NCBI GenBank assembly: GCA_009859145.1
Contig: VRVR01000018.1
Coordinates: 129,688 to 193,687 of the forward strand
Length of the DNA stretch: 64,000 nt
Reading direction: 5' to 3'
Source: Andalucia godoyi And28
Lineage: Eukaryota > Protista > Jakobida
A program made the position numbers and the translations under genes. Shown piece by piece: positions 29,088 through 38,048 of the stretch; the stretch's first letter is position 1; each line of letters starts with the position of its first letter. The notes below the pieces were generated by a model. The model did not search any database. It was not told the origin of the DNA and worked only from the letters and a program-made list of their open reading frames with translations.

Positions 29088-30985
29088 CTACCGCTTGCGA
29101 CGCTTCCCAGAAGGGGCGCTCAGAGCATCAGCATCCATGTCGACGGCGCCGACATTGGCATCGGCACGCTGTTCGATGAGAACCTTGCCGAGCGACATGT
29201 CGTCTTCAGGAACAAACGACGGCATTGCCAACAGCCGCGCTTCGTCCATGGTAACGGAAAAACTCGATCTCCGCACCATGCCGACGCTCGCATCATGCGC
29301 AGTGTGCCCTTCAAAGTACTCTGTTCTTCGACGGGCATAGAAAAGCATGTACGCTGTCACCGCAGCAACTTGGTCTTCCGCAACTTCTTGAACCTCATCA
29401 TCGTCCACATGAAACCACCGATCGAGACCACGACGCACAAACGACGTGTAGTGTCCGGATTCGAGGGATCCCTTGTGCTGAATGACCGCAACACAGTCGT
29501 ATAAGCTTTCTGGATCTATAACTTCTGACAATGAAAAACTTCGTTCTACAAACGGTCCCGCAGGCGTGTTTTTCCGCGGAACATCAAGGACCACGTAAGG
29601 TTCTAAATTGAGCCCCTTTAGAGGAAACGAAACATACCGATCAATCTTTTCCGACACCAGTGTTTGTGCATTATTCATGGAGTGCCGAAACCTCTTCAAA
29701 TGCACGCATATCGCCTGCGGTAACTTTTGCATTGACAATCGCTTCGTAGCCCCGCATGTCTTGGAGCAGCGAGAGCAAGAGATTTTCTCCAGCCGTTCGA
29801 CCTTTGTAAATGCATCCAGGCAATCAATCAGACTGACATGTTCTGTTGTGTTGCCATCTCCAATGCCGCTCGCACTCGGGAGACCATTTGACGATCCATT
29901 CACAGTGTTGTTTCCATTAGCCGTGATGAGCACCACATTGGACCCGCCGCCAGGCTTTGACCCGCCGCCAGCACTCTCTGTGCCGCTCGCACGCTTTTGC
30001 ATGGATGCAGCCTGCACCCTGGTGGACGGAATATCCAAGCTCAGATCCAGGCTTGGCTCCAAGCTGGTCGACACATGACCGCATCCCTCACAGAGCAAAC
30101 GAGACCGCAGCTGGCCGGCAAAAAGACGAAGCGCAGACGGATGGTCTTGCGACACCGCGTTGAGCAGCACCATGAAGAACTCGTGTGCATCCTGCTGCTC
30201 ATACCCCCGAATAGCAGACGAATTCCACACTGCATACATCAATTCGTGCGGGGCAACAGGCTCCACAGACGATGAAAAGAACGACGCAAACACTGAATGC
30301 AGCGCGTCATATACAGGCAATGTACTCATCTGCATATGGCCATTTGCAGTTTCAGTACCGCCACCAGCCCCGCCCTTGACATTTGATCCAGCCGTCGAAG
30401 CAGCAGTCGTCCCGATTCTATTAGTGATTGTCGAGGTCGAGGCCGATGTGGATGTGGCCGTGGATGTGGCGGCCTTTGCAGAGGAGTCCTGGCGCCTATC
30501 CGTCGAGACTTTGTTCTGCGCAGCTTGCAGTAGCGGCGGCGGAGGCTTTACGACAAACGGCGACAGAAAATAGTTCCTCATCAGCGGAACTGCACACAGT
30601 GCCTGCACCGTCGCGTTCAGAAAACACGTATTTCCCATATTGATGAATCCGCGCAGCCCCAGCAGAGGAGCCGAGTACTGAAACGAGCCAAACGGAGATT
30701 CGTAGACATAGTCCTTGCATTTGAAGCAGTATATCTCGCCCGTCCGAGAGTCCAGCGCAAGTGCATGGTTGCTCTTCATGGCATGTTCTTGCAGCGCCGG
30801 CCGCGCAAGCATTGTAGCGCAGCTAAGGCAAAGATGCTTGCGAGATCTTGAAGCCTCGTAAAACGCCGACGGAGACGAAGATGCGTGTGATCCACATGAT
30901 GTCGCCTGCGAAAGGAGCATGTCGCGGCATGAATCAAGCACAAATCGTCCTTGGTGTGAATCTAAGAACACACTCAGATGCTTAC

Positions 30986-30989
<4 letters not shown>
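29088..30989 (-). CDS. USP22: Ubiquitin-specific protease USP22/Ubp8-like (zf-UBP plus C19 peptidase), 633 aa
   Basis: zf-UBP (CLSC...H...H...IYCFKCKDYVY), Cys box GLRGFINMGNTCFLN, YEQQDAHEFF, His box HKGSLESGHY, WFHVDDDEV. Confidence 0.9.

Positions 30990-31028
<39 letters not shown>
30989..31028. repeat. (TG/CA)n microsatellite abutting the USP22 start codon
   Basis: About 20 dinucleotide units running directly into the ATG on the minus strand. Confidence 0.95.
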
Positions 31029-31032
<4 letters not shown>

Positions 31033-31201
31033 CCTGTTAACGTGCTGTCCCTTCTGGGACGAAATAATAACACATGACACTTTCAAAAAAATCTTCTGAA
31101 TCAAAAGAACAGCGCACTACGATAACGGCCAAGGCGGAAACTTCCCTGGGGTGCAGACTACAGTCGACACGGACGATGACTATAAGTCCACAGCGGTGAT
31201 G

Positions 31202-31264
31202 AAGGAAGAGAAAGAAGAGAAGGAAGAGAAGGAAGAGAAGGAAGAGAAGGAAGAGAAGGAAGAA
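31202..31264. repeat. (AAGGAAGAG)n tandem repeat
   Basis: 9-bp purine units between the TIM10 stop and the USP22 start. Confidence 0.9.
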
Positions 31265-31329
31265 GAAGCTTCTTATTTTGTATTGATTACGAATATACGG
31301 TAGTGCTACGAGGTATATGTACTGGAGAC

Positions 31330-31644
31330 TCAGCTTTTGAGTCCGGTGGCGGCTGCTTGGGCGGCTTCTGCAGACTGTTGCATTTGTTTTTGGACGGCAG
31401 TCATCTTCTCGGAGACGTGTTGTTGCATGGCAAGAAACTTTGCGACGCACCGATCGATGCAAACTGCTTCTCCGACGTGCAGATCGCCATCGGCCAGCTT
31501 TGCGGAAATGCACTTGTCATGACACGAGTCCAGCATGCGATTGTACATGTCGGTAAACGCCAAAATCTGGTATTCTGCTTCCCGAAGTGACGCACTAGGC
31601 CCAGATGGAGCTGCCTGTGCTGCAGCGCGGTTCGACGAAAACAT
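31330..31644 (-). CDS. TIM10: Mitochondrial intermembrane-space small TIM chaperone Tim10
   Basis: Twin CX3C motif: DMYNRMLDSCHDKC...DLHVGEAVCIDRCVAKF. Confidence 0.93.
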   Translation of the reverse strand: MFSSNRAAAQAAPSGPSASLREAEYQILAFTDMYNRMLDSCHDKCISAKLADGDLHVGEAVCIDRCVAKFLAMQQHVSEKMTAVQKQMQQSAEAAQAAATGLKS

Positions 31645-32212
31645 CCTCTCTCTCTCTCTCTCTCTTTTCCTGTGAGTATGTGTGCAAGTGTTGTGCTTGT
31701 CACGTCTTGATGCGGTTGCTTTTTACACAAGGAAAAAGGAGTTGGGCGAATGTGAACTGCGAGTGCAGTACGGTTGACAGCTTTGTGCTTTCCAACGTTG
31801 AACATCAAACAATATCATATCGTAAGTTTGTTTTTATCTGTCTAGAATTTCTTCCTTCTTTGCTTTTCTCTCTCTCTATTATTTTCTGTTTGTTTGTGTC
31901 TTTTATGATTGAACCCTCAAACAACACCTCCTCATCAAAGACAAGACATCTCATGGCTCCAAAGGGGGACTTTCCCAACAAACTCAATCCGGCCATGCCC
32001 GACGATAGCGAGAACGAAGAAACCCGTTGATCCCCTCTCGTCGGAGGCGGAGAGCAAGAAGAAGCGATGACCCTTTGATGCAGAGCAATCTGCATTGAAG
32101 ATTTGGTGCTCTCCCCAACCTGGATCTGTCTTCGGTGACAGCTTAGCCGATGTTCAATAATGATCCATGTTCTGGCGAGCGGTAGACGTGGGAACTGTGT
32201 GACAAGGAAAAT

Positions 32213-33151
32213 TCACTCAGACTTATCTCGGGTGGGTGATACGGCGTTGGACATCTTTTGGTTCACGTGCTCAGAAGAGATGGTGACGGAGAATGCATAA
32301 ACCAGTTTGAATGTAAAGACAGGTGGAAACCAAAAGAATGCACGCGGCCACGATGCAGGGAAATATGAGATGCACGACTGGAGCGTTTGGACGAGCGGGA
32401 CGCAAGACTCGGGGAGAAAGTTCAAATGGGTCGTTGGGGTTGAAGGGGAAGGGAAAGGAGCAGAAAAGATAAATGTGGACAGCATTGTGAATGACACTGC
32501 TGCAGGGCGTTTGAGATTGTCCGGGAGCTGTCGGACCGTTGCAAAGCCGCACACGAGTATTGCGTAGAGAAGGACTGCTGGTGCCCAGTCGACATTGCAG
32601 ATCATAGAGTAAAAAGCCGATGCATCAAATAGGCCGTGATGCGAGGTTGGAGAAGCTGTTGCAGACGTCCATTCGACAAACGCATTGGAATAGAGGAGCG
32701 CGATAACGAAAGGCTGGAAATGATCCATCACAAACAGTGTTGCGAAGAGGATGCCTTTCGGAAACGGTAGCATGGATTTCGTCGAATACCATCTCTTGCA
32801 GCTTGGCATCGAAAGACACAGTGAGCCCCCGGCAATGTTGAATGCATTCCAGCATCCCCAAATGAGCTGGAAGAGCATCGCGAAGGGATGTTGAACAGCA
32901 AGCGGAGTTGCAGCAGGCGGGGAAAGCATAAACAGGAGCTGCAAAACGCTGCAAAACAAAGCAAACGGAATGAATGCAAGTACTTCAGACGTAGACCATC
33001 CAGTGCCCAGATCCACATCCCACCGACGATAGAACCATGACTTGCGAATGGGGCGGAAACCATACTCGCGTGCAAACCGATCGTCTGCAGATTCTTTGCT
33101 TGCGTTCATTCGAGAAGCGTCGTTTTGAGACTCTGCATTCACTTTCGCCAT
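32213..33151 (-). CDS. Multi-pass membrane protein of an uncharacterised, mainly bacterial family (312 aa)
   Basis: Several hydrophobic segments. Motifs G..S.SE, W.AFNIAGG...S.KRWY, H, LP..LKRPAA and FWFPPVF.FKL resemble a bacterial hypothetical family as I recall it. Confidence 0.7.
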   Translation of the reverse strand: MAKVNAESQNDASRMNASKESADDRFAREYGFRPIRKSWFYRRWDVDLGTGWSTSEVLAFIPFALFCSVLQLLFMLSPPAATPLAVQHPFAMLFQLIWGCWNAFNIAGGSLCLSMPSCKRWYSTKSMLPFPKGILFATLFVMDHFQPFVIALLYSNAFVEWTSATASPTSHHGLFDASAFYSMICNVDWAPAVLLYAILVCGFATVRQLPDNLKRPAAVSFTMLSTFIFSAPFPSPSTPTTHLNFLPESCVPLVQTLQSCISYFPASWPRAFFWFPPVFTFKLVYAFSVTISSEHVNQKMSNAVSPTRDKSE

Positions 33152-33408
33152 TCTCCAACCGTGCACGACGAACCAACAATGCCATTGCCAATCCAGCAAA
33201 ACAAAAGAATGGAAGTGCGTCCAACGAGGAGGAAAATTGTGCACAATGGCAGCGGCGTCTGACTGTCATACAGTCGGGTTTACGCACGACACCGGATATT
33301 GAAAAACGCAATGCTGTTAGAATTACTGCCCGAGCTAGGCGGTTGGATAGAAAGCATGAAGAAACTCCAGGATTTCTTTTACGTGAAAAGTTTGCGATGC
33401 GGTCAACT

Positions 33409-34542
33409 CTAACGAGAAACAAACCGACTCTCTTCTTGATGACCGCCGCCGACATTGGCGTCGAGATTGGACATATTTTGGATCTCTGTGTCAGCAGCGA
33501 CGGCGGCAGTAGTAGTTCTGCGCCGCTGAAACAATCCGCCGGACAAGCGAGGAGCTGCCCGAGGTGGACTATTTGCGTTCGACGTGCGAGAAGAGAAAGA
33601 AGGAGGCCGGCTGCGTGCGGTGATGGCATCCGCCACACGTTGGCCATGTTCCCGCGCCCATTCCAGGTCTTCCTGACACAGCCTGGCGGCGAGTGCAAAG
33701 TCACCTTCGGCTTCCATTAAATAAAACGACGCCTCTTCTCTTGGAATGCGCATACACTCTGAAAGTCGCGCTACACAAACACGGAACCTTCGCTGGATGC
33801 TCAGCACCGGGTCTTCTCGGTGGTGCCGGAACACGTCCGCAGCATTGGCGCGCCCTATGCCCCGCGGGACTCCAGAGCCAGCACGTCTGCTCTGCAGTCT
33901 CGGAGACGTCGGGTCGGTACGTTCAAGCATTTCAGCAATGGTGGTTTCTGTCGGGGGTCGTCGGAGCAACTCAAGAACCGCTCGTGGAATGTTGCTCGTC
34001 AGTGGCTTGGGGACGCGAAGCCATGTTCTGTGCGAGATAAAGTGTGATGAAGAAGCAATGCCGTTTGCTCGTTGGATTGCAAATGTCGTGACTCCGTACC
34101 GAAGCGCTATCCCAGCCAAAGTATCGCTGCTGCACACCCTGTGGTCCAGGTAGTCAATCTCAAACGACTCGGACGGAGCCGTCCACTCGACACTCTGAAT
34201 GCGCTGCGCCCATTCAACAAGCTCTCGAGGGTCGATGGAATCCTCCTCAAGAAGCTCGTCTCCGCCAACACCATCGTCTTGCCATTCTTCATCCGAGACA
34301 AACTCATCCGACAGTCCATCGACACCATCATCTGGTCTTGCCATCCTTCGCGGCTGCTGCAACGGCGGTCCCTCCTCCCGCTCCATCATCATTACCATCG
34401 ACGCAGCTTCAGAGCGTGAGGCCAATACAGCACGACGCTCATAACTCGCAGAAACCAGAGACCCATCCGGATTTCGAACCAAGATGATCCGTGGGAACCG
34501 CGGAGGATGGATCGCAGCTCGGCTGACCGCGATACCACTCAT
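33409..34542 (-). CDS. LysM-domain protein with a UBA-like helical motif (377 aa)
   Basis: HRVCSSDTLAGIALRYGVTTFAIQRANGI...LRVP is a LysM domain. EEASFYLMEAEGDFALAARLCQEDLEW is UBA-like. Confidence 0.82.
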   Translation of the reverse strand: MSGIAVSRAAIHPPRFPRIILVRNPDGSLVSASYERRAVLASRSEAASMVMMMEREEGPPLQQPRRMARPDDGVDGLSDEFVSDEEWQDDGVGGDELLEEDSIDPRELVEWAQRIQSVEWTAPSESFEIDYLDHRVCSSDTLAGIALRYGVTTFAIQRANGIASSSHFISHRTWLRVPKPLTSNIPRAVLELLRRPPTETTIAEMLERTDPTSPRLQSRRAGSGVPRGIGRANAADVFRHHREDPVLSIQRRFRVCVARLSECMRIPREEASFYLMEAEGDFALAARLCQEDLEWAREHGQRVADAITARSRPPSFSSRTSNANSPPRAAPRLSGGLFQRRRTTTAAVAADTEIQNMSNLDANVGGGHQEESRFVSR

Positions 34543-34548
34543 CCTATC

Positions 34549-34578
34549 TCTTCTCTTCTCTTCTCTTCTCTTCTCTTC
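34549..34578. repeat. (TCTTC)n microsatellite just upstream of the LysM gene ATG
   Basis: Pentanucleotide run read directly from the sequence. Confidence 0.85.
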
Positions 34579-35154
34579 TGCTCCTTTGCTTCTTTCGTCG
34601 TCCACCGCCGCCGCTCACACCAGCCATGCAGTTTCAAGAAGGCCAAGAAAACCCGCTGCACAACAAAACAGCGTTATGTACAAACGACAAACAACTGTTG
34701 CAGCAGTAATACTCAGTAATGCTGTAAGTCTCTATCGACTAGAAACAGATACAATAAAGCAAGAATGGAATGTCTATTATGTTGACACATTTCTGTTCGG
34801 ACAAAAAGACGTGTCGGGTATTTCTCCATCCCTTTTTCATTTTCGGAACATCGGGAACTTGAGTTGGAAAGTGTCAAAAATGTCACGACAGGGAAAACTC
34901 CCGACTGCCGTGCCTATTGAGGCGACTTGATGTCCGTGAGTCCCGACGAGCCTCTCTGAGCTGCTAAATGCTTTCATCCTTCACTATCGTCATCGCCATC
35001 ATCGCTTTTCTTCTTCATATTCCACGAGTTCCAGAAAGTACCGGTGGGGACGCAGCGAAACGAAGGGCGCGCCACCTCCCCTGCGTACAGATTAGAGCAA
35101 GGTAGAAAAAGAAAAAAGAAGGAGGAAAAAAGAAGAAAACAGGTGCTGAGACCA

Positions 35155-35526
35155 ATGGAGGAGGAGTTTGTGATTGATGCAAACGGAAACAATGCAAAGG
35201 TTCTTCGATGTCCACATTGCAACTGCAAAGTGCTGAGACCTGGCTTTGCAAAGTTGGAGCTGCTGCGCGAAGTGTCTCCGGTTTTGTACCTATCGACCAC
35301 TGGGGTGAGGCTTGAGGAAGGCGCGCCAGTGCCAGAGGACTTTGGAATCCACTGCTGGGTTCTCACAGACATTTTTGATTTTGAAAACATCGGATTTTTG
35401 AAAGACGCTTCGGATGGAAACAAGTACATCATCTGTGCAGACTGCGAACGCCAGGTCATTGGCCTGCACAAGGTCCAGAATCCTTCAAAGATATGGCTTG
35501 TTTCAAAACTTGTAAAGCAAGAGTAG
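35155..35526 (+). CDS. RABIF: Mss4/RABIF Rab guanine-nucleotide-release factor (123 aa)
   Basis: NAKVLRCPHCNCKVL, WVLTDIFDFENIGF, KYIICADCERQVIG (Zn-binding CxxC pairs). Confidence 0.93.
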   Translation: MEEEFVIDANGNNAKVLRCPHCNCKVLRPGFAKLELLREVSPVLYLSTTGVRLEEGAPVPEDFGIHCWVLTDIFDFENIGFLKDASDGNKYIICADCERQVIGLHKVQNPSKIWLVSKLVKQE

Positions 35527-35770
35527 TGTGACAAATTTTTCCCTGAGCAGTGCTTACCAAGAAGACAAGGACGAGCAAAAGTATGCATACGAAGAAATGC
35601 TCCAATCTGCATACAGAGATTGTTTGATTGCTTGTCTTTCTTGTCTTTCTTTTCCTCTTTCTTCTTTCTTTTTTGTTTTCCCTCTCTTCTTTTTGTGGCT
35701 GGCTGCTGTATCAACATCTTCTTGTTCTCCATTATCTTCATGTGGCCGTTGCTGTTGCTTGCACATCTTG

Positions 35771-36961
35771 TTACTTGGGAAGCTTGGGGTGCTTGGCTGC
35801 TGTGGATCTGAGCTTCTGCATGGGCTTTCGCATGCTTGTCTCCAGAGCAAGCTTTGTCAGATACGAACATGCAAATATTCGGAAGAGCAGCAAGTCCCAC
35901 ATCTGCAGTTGGTTCAAGCTCCCCTTCCGGCCAAACAAGAACGCGAATGCCCGTGCAAGCACAGACGGCGAAAAACGACTACCGGCAGTGCCGAGATTCT
36001 TGCTGCAGGGCGGTACATCGAGCTGAAGAGGAAGTGCCGATTCCAGAACGAACGCCGATACATCCATCATTGCATTTGAAAACTCGTGCATTGCACACGA
36101 CTGACTCCGCGAATCATCCGACAGCAAGCTCTGCTGGATTGCGACTCGAGCAGCCGGCATCGCAAGACACACGTATCCGACAAGCGCCCAGAACGAGTCG
36201 TCGTCTACGGGTCTTGACAGAACGGAGACTGTTGCTGGAAGCGCACCCCACGCAAAAAGCCTCAGCGACTTTGCGTCGATTCGTGTAGAAAATGGTGCCT
36301 GCGGGGTCGGCTGCAACGTTTTCTTAGTTGCCGGGAATGTATTGTATTTCTTGATGTGCATCACGATGAACGTCGCGTATGCCACGTGCTGGATTGCCCA
36401 TAGCAGGGACCACAGCGGAGTGTTGAGGAGATACGAAGCTGGAGAAAAGCCAGTGCGTGTATTCGCAGACCTAGATTGCGAAAACTTGGATATGTGGAAC
36501 AGACCAAGTGCCGCATGTCCAACAGCGTAGAACAAGAGAGTCGGCAGATCCATATTCTGGATTGTTTTTCGGAATCGCAGGATCTGTGCGCCCGGCACCA
36601 GAAGCATGTAATTTCCAAGCATCCGGCCAATCCGCAGCATGATGGATTTCAATCGAGCACCAATCGCAAAAGCAGAAGCAGTGCTCGACGACGAAGAAAC
36701 ACCAGCAGATGATTTCCGGTTTGCATGTACAGAGGTTCCGAGTTCCTTTTTCCACTCGTGAAATCCAACGCTGAACGCATTGAGTAAATCAGAAACATCT
36801 TTTTGCGACGGAACCATGACTTTCAGAGACCTTGGCATTGCAGGCAGCGAAGACGCATGATGCAAAACGAGATCAAGCGCATGCATGGGAGTCTTCAGTG
36901 CCAGCAAATGCGCCTGCAACGACGCAATTCGCTTTTGAATCGACGCCCCTCCCTCTCCCAT
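35771..36961 (-). CDS. Hypothetical membrane protein (396 aa)
   Basis: Long ORF with several hydrophobic segments and no recognised family. Confidence 0.65.
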   Translation of the reverse strand: MGEGGASIQKRIASLQAHLLALKTPMHALDLVLHHASSLPAMPRSLKVMVPSQKDVSDLLNAFSVGFHEWKKELGTSVHANRKSSAGVSSSSSTASAFAIGARLKSIMLRIGRMLGNYMLLVPGAQILRFRKTIQNMDLPTLLFYAVGHAALGLFHISKFSQSRSANTRTGFSPASYLLNTPLWSLLWAIQHVAYATFIVMHIKKYNTFPATKKTLQPTPQAPFSTRIDAKSLRLFAWGALPATVSVLSRPVDDDSFWALVGYVCLAMPAARVAIQQSLLSDDSRSQSCAMHEFSNAMMDVSAFVLESALPLQLDVPPCSKNLGTAGSRFSPSVLARAFAFLFGRKGSLNQLQMWDLLLFRIFACSYLTKLALETSMRKPMQKLRSTAAKHPKLPK

Positions 36962-37271
36962 TCTTCCCCACTTCCCCACTTCTCCCCCCAAATTAAAAAG
37001 AAAAAAATACAGTGATACCTAACCTTTGGTCAGTAAGCAAAAATAATATATATATATATATCAATAAATAAATAAATAAATAAAATACGAAATGACCTCG
37101 AAGAACAAGCAGCATTGAGAATCTTTGGAAGAACGCACATCAACTTCAGTTGCCCGATCTGCCGGATCTTTTTCATCAAGTGTTGTCTATTGGAATCGGT
37201 GGGAAGCTTGCTTTGAACATCTTCAGAGGAAGCGGAAGTAGAAACAAGAACAGAATGCGAAAAAGCAGCCA

Positions 37272-37298
37272 CAGAGAGAGAGAGAGAGAGAGAGAGAG

Positions 37299-37331
<33 letters not shown>
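37272..37331. repeat. (GA)n microsatellite
   Basis: Dinucleotide run with one CA interruption, about 50 nt upstream of the 37380 ATG. Confidence 0.9.
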
Positions 37332-37335
<4 letters not shown>

Positions 37336-37379
37336 GCTAGGAAACGGATAGGAAGCTGCATTCAGGGAAAAGAAAGACG

Positions 37380-37928
37380 ATGAACCGAAGTAGCGACAGG
37401 AAGGAAGCGGGAGAACGGGGTAGACGAGAAGCGACTGAGACGACTGCAGATGTTTTGGACGAGGAAGAACAGCAAGAAGTGATCTTGCAAATTGAAAAGC
37501 AAGCAGAAAAGCAGTTCATCATGAACAGGTACATCCTTTGTTTTCTTGGAGGAGCAATAGCGGCCGTGTTCTTCGTGATTGGGCTCCGCAGCGCAGATGT
37601 GAATCTCGACGAAGGTGGTTTTGAGAGCGATGCGCGTCACGCGGCAGTTCGCAACTTTCGAGTCGCGTGCTACTCAGTGGGTATATCCTCGCTGCTGTGT
37701 TTGAATGTGCTGTTTGGAAAGGTGGTTGTGTCGAGCTGGAAACGACGTGTAATCCTCGCCACCGCTGTCGCGCTTGCCCTTCTGCCTTTCGTCACGGCCC
37801 ATGCGGTCATGGGCCTCGTGCCCGCCGGCGTTTTCGCTGCTTGCATGTACTTGGTCCGCACTCGCAAGGTTCTGTCATCAGGGATCGAAGTTCTCAGAGG
37901 GTACCAATACAAGTGCAAGAAGGCGTAA
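37380..37928 (+). CDS. Conserved eukaryotic ~4-TM protein of unknown function (182 aa)
   Basis: Acidic LDEEEQQEVILQIEKQ helix, four hydrophobic segments and the C-terminal IEVLRGYQYKCKKA, resembling a plant/protist unknown TM family. Confidence 0.8.
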   Translation: MNRSSDRKEAGERGRREATETTADVLDEEEQQEVILQIEKQAEKQFIMNRYILCFLGGAIAAVFFVIGLRSADVNLDEGGFESDARHAAVRNFRVACYSVGISSLLCLNVLFGKVVVSSWKRRVILATAVALALLPFVTAHAVMGLVPAGVFAACMYLVRTRKVLSSGIEVLRGYQYKCKKA

Positions 37929-38048
37929 AATAGAATGGTTTTCATCCTTTGTTTCTCTTTTGTGCAACAAGCGCTCGAGTGTAAAATGCGTCATTGTTAT
38001 TTATTCATTTATTTAATTGTTAATTGTTTATTATTTATTATTATTTTT

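Noticed and set aside
31900-32212. GC-rich spacer with short ORFs between TIM10 and the membrane-protein gene
   Set aside because: No coherent ORF or RNA motif; most simply UTR or promoter sequence.
32985-33720. Overlapping 227-aa (+) and 239-aa (-) ORFs
   Set aside because: They overlap the LysM gene end and the membrane gene start, have non-ATG or weak starts, and lack domain features.
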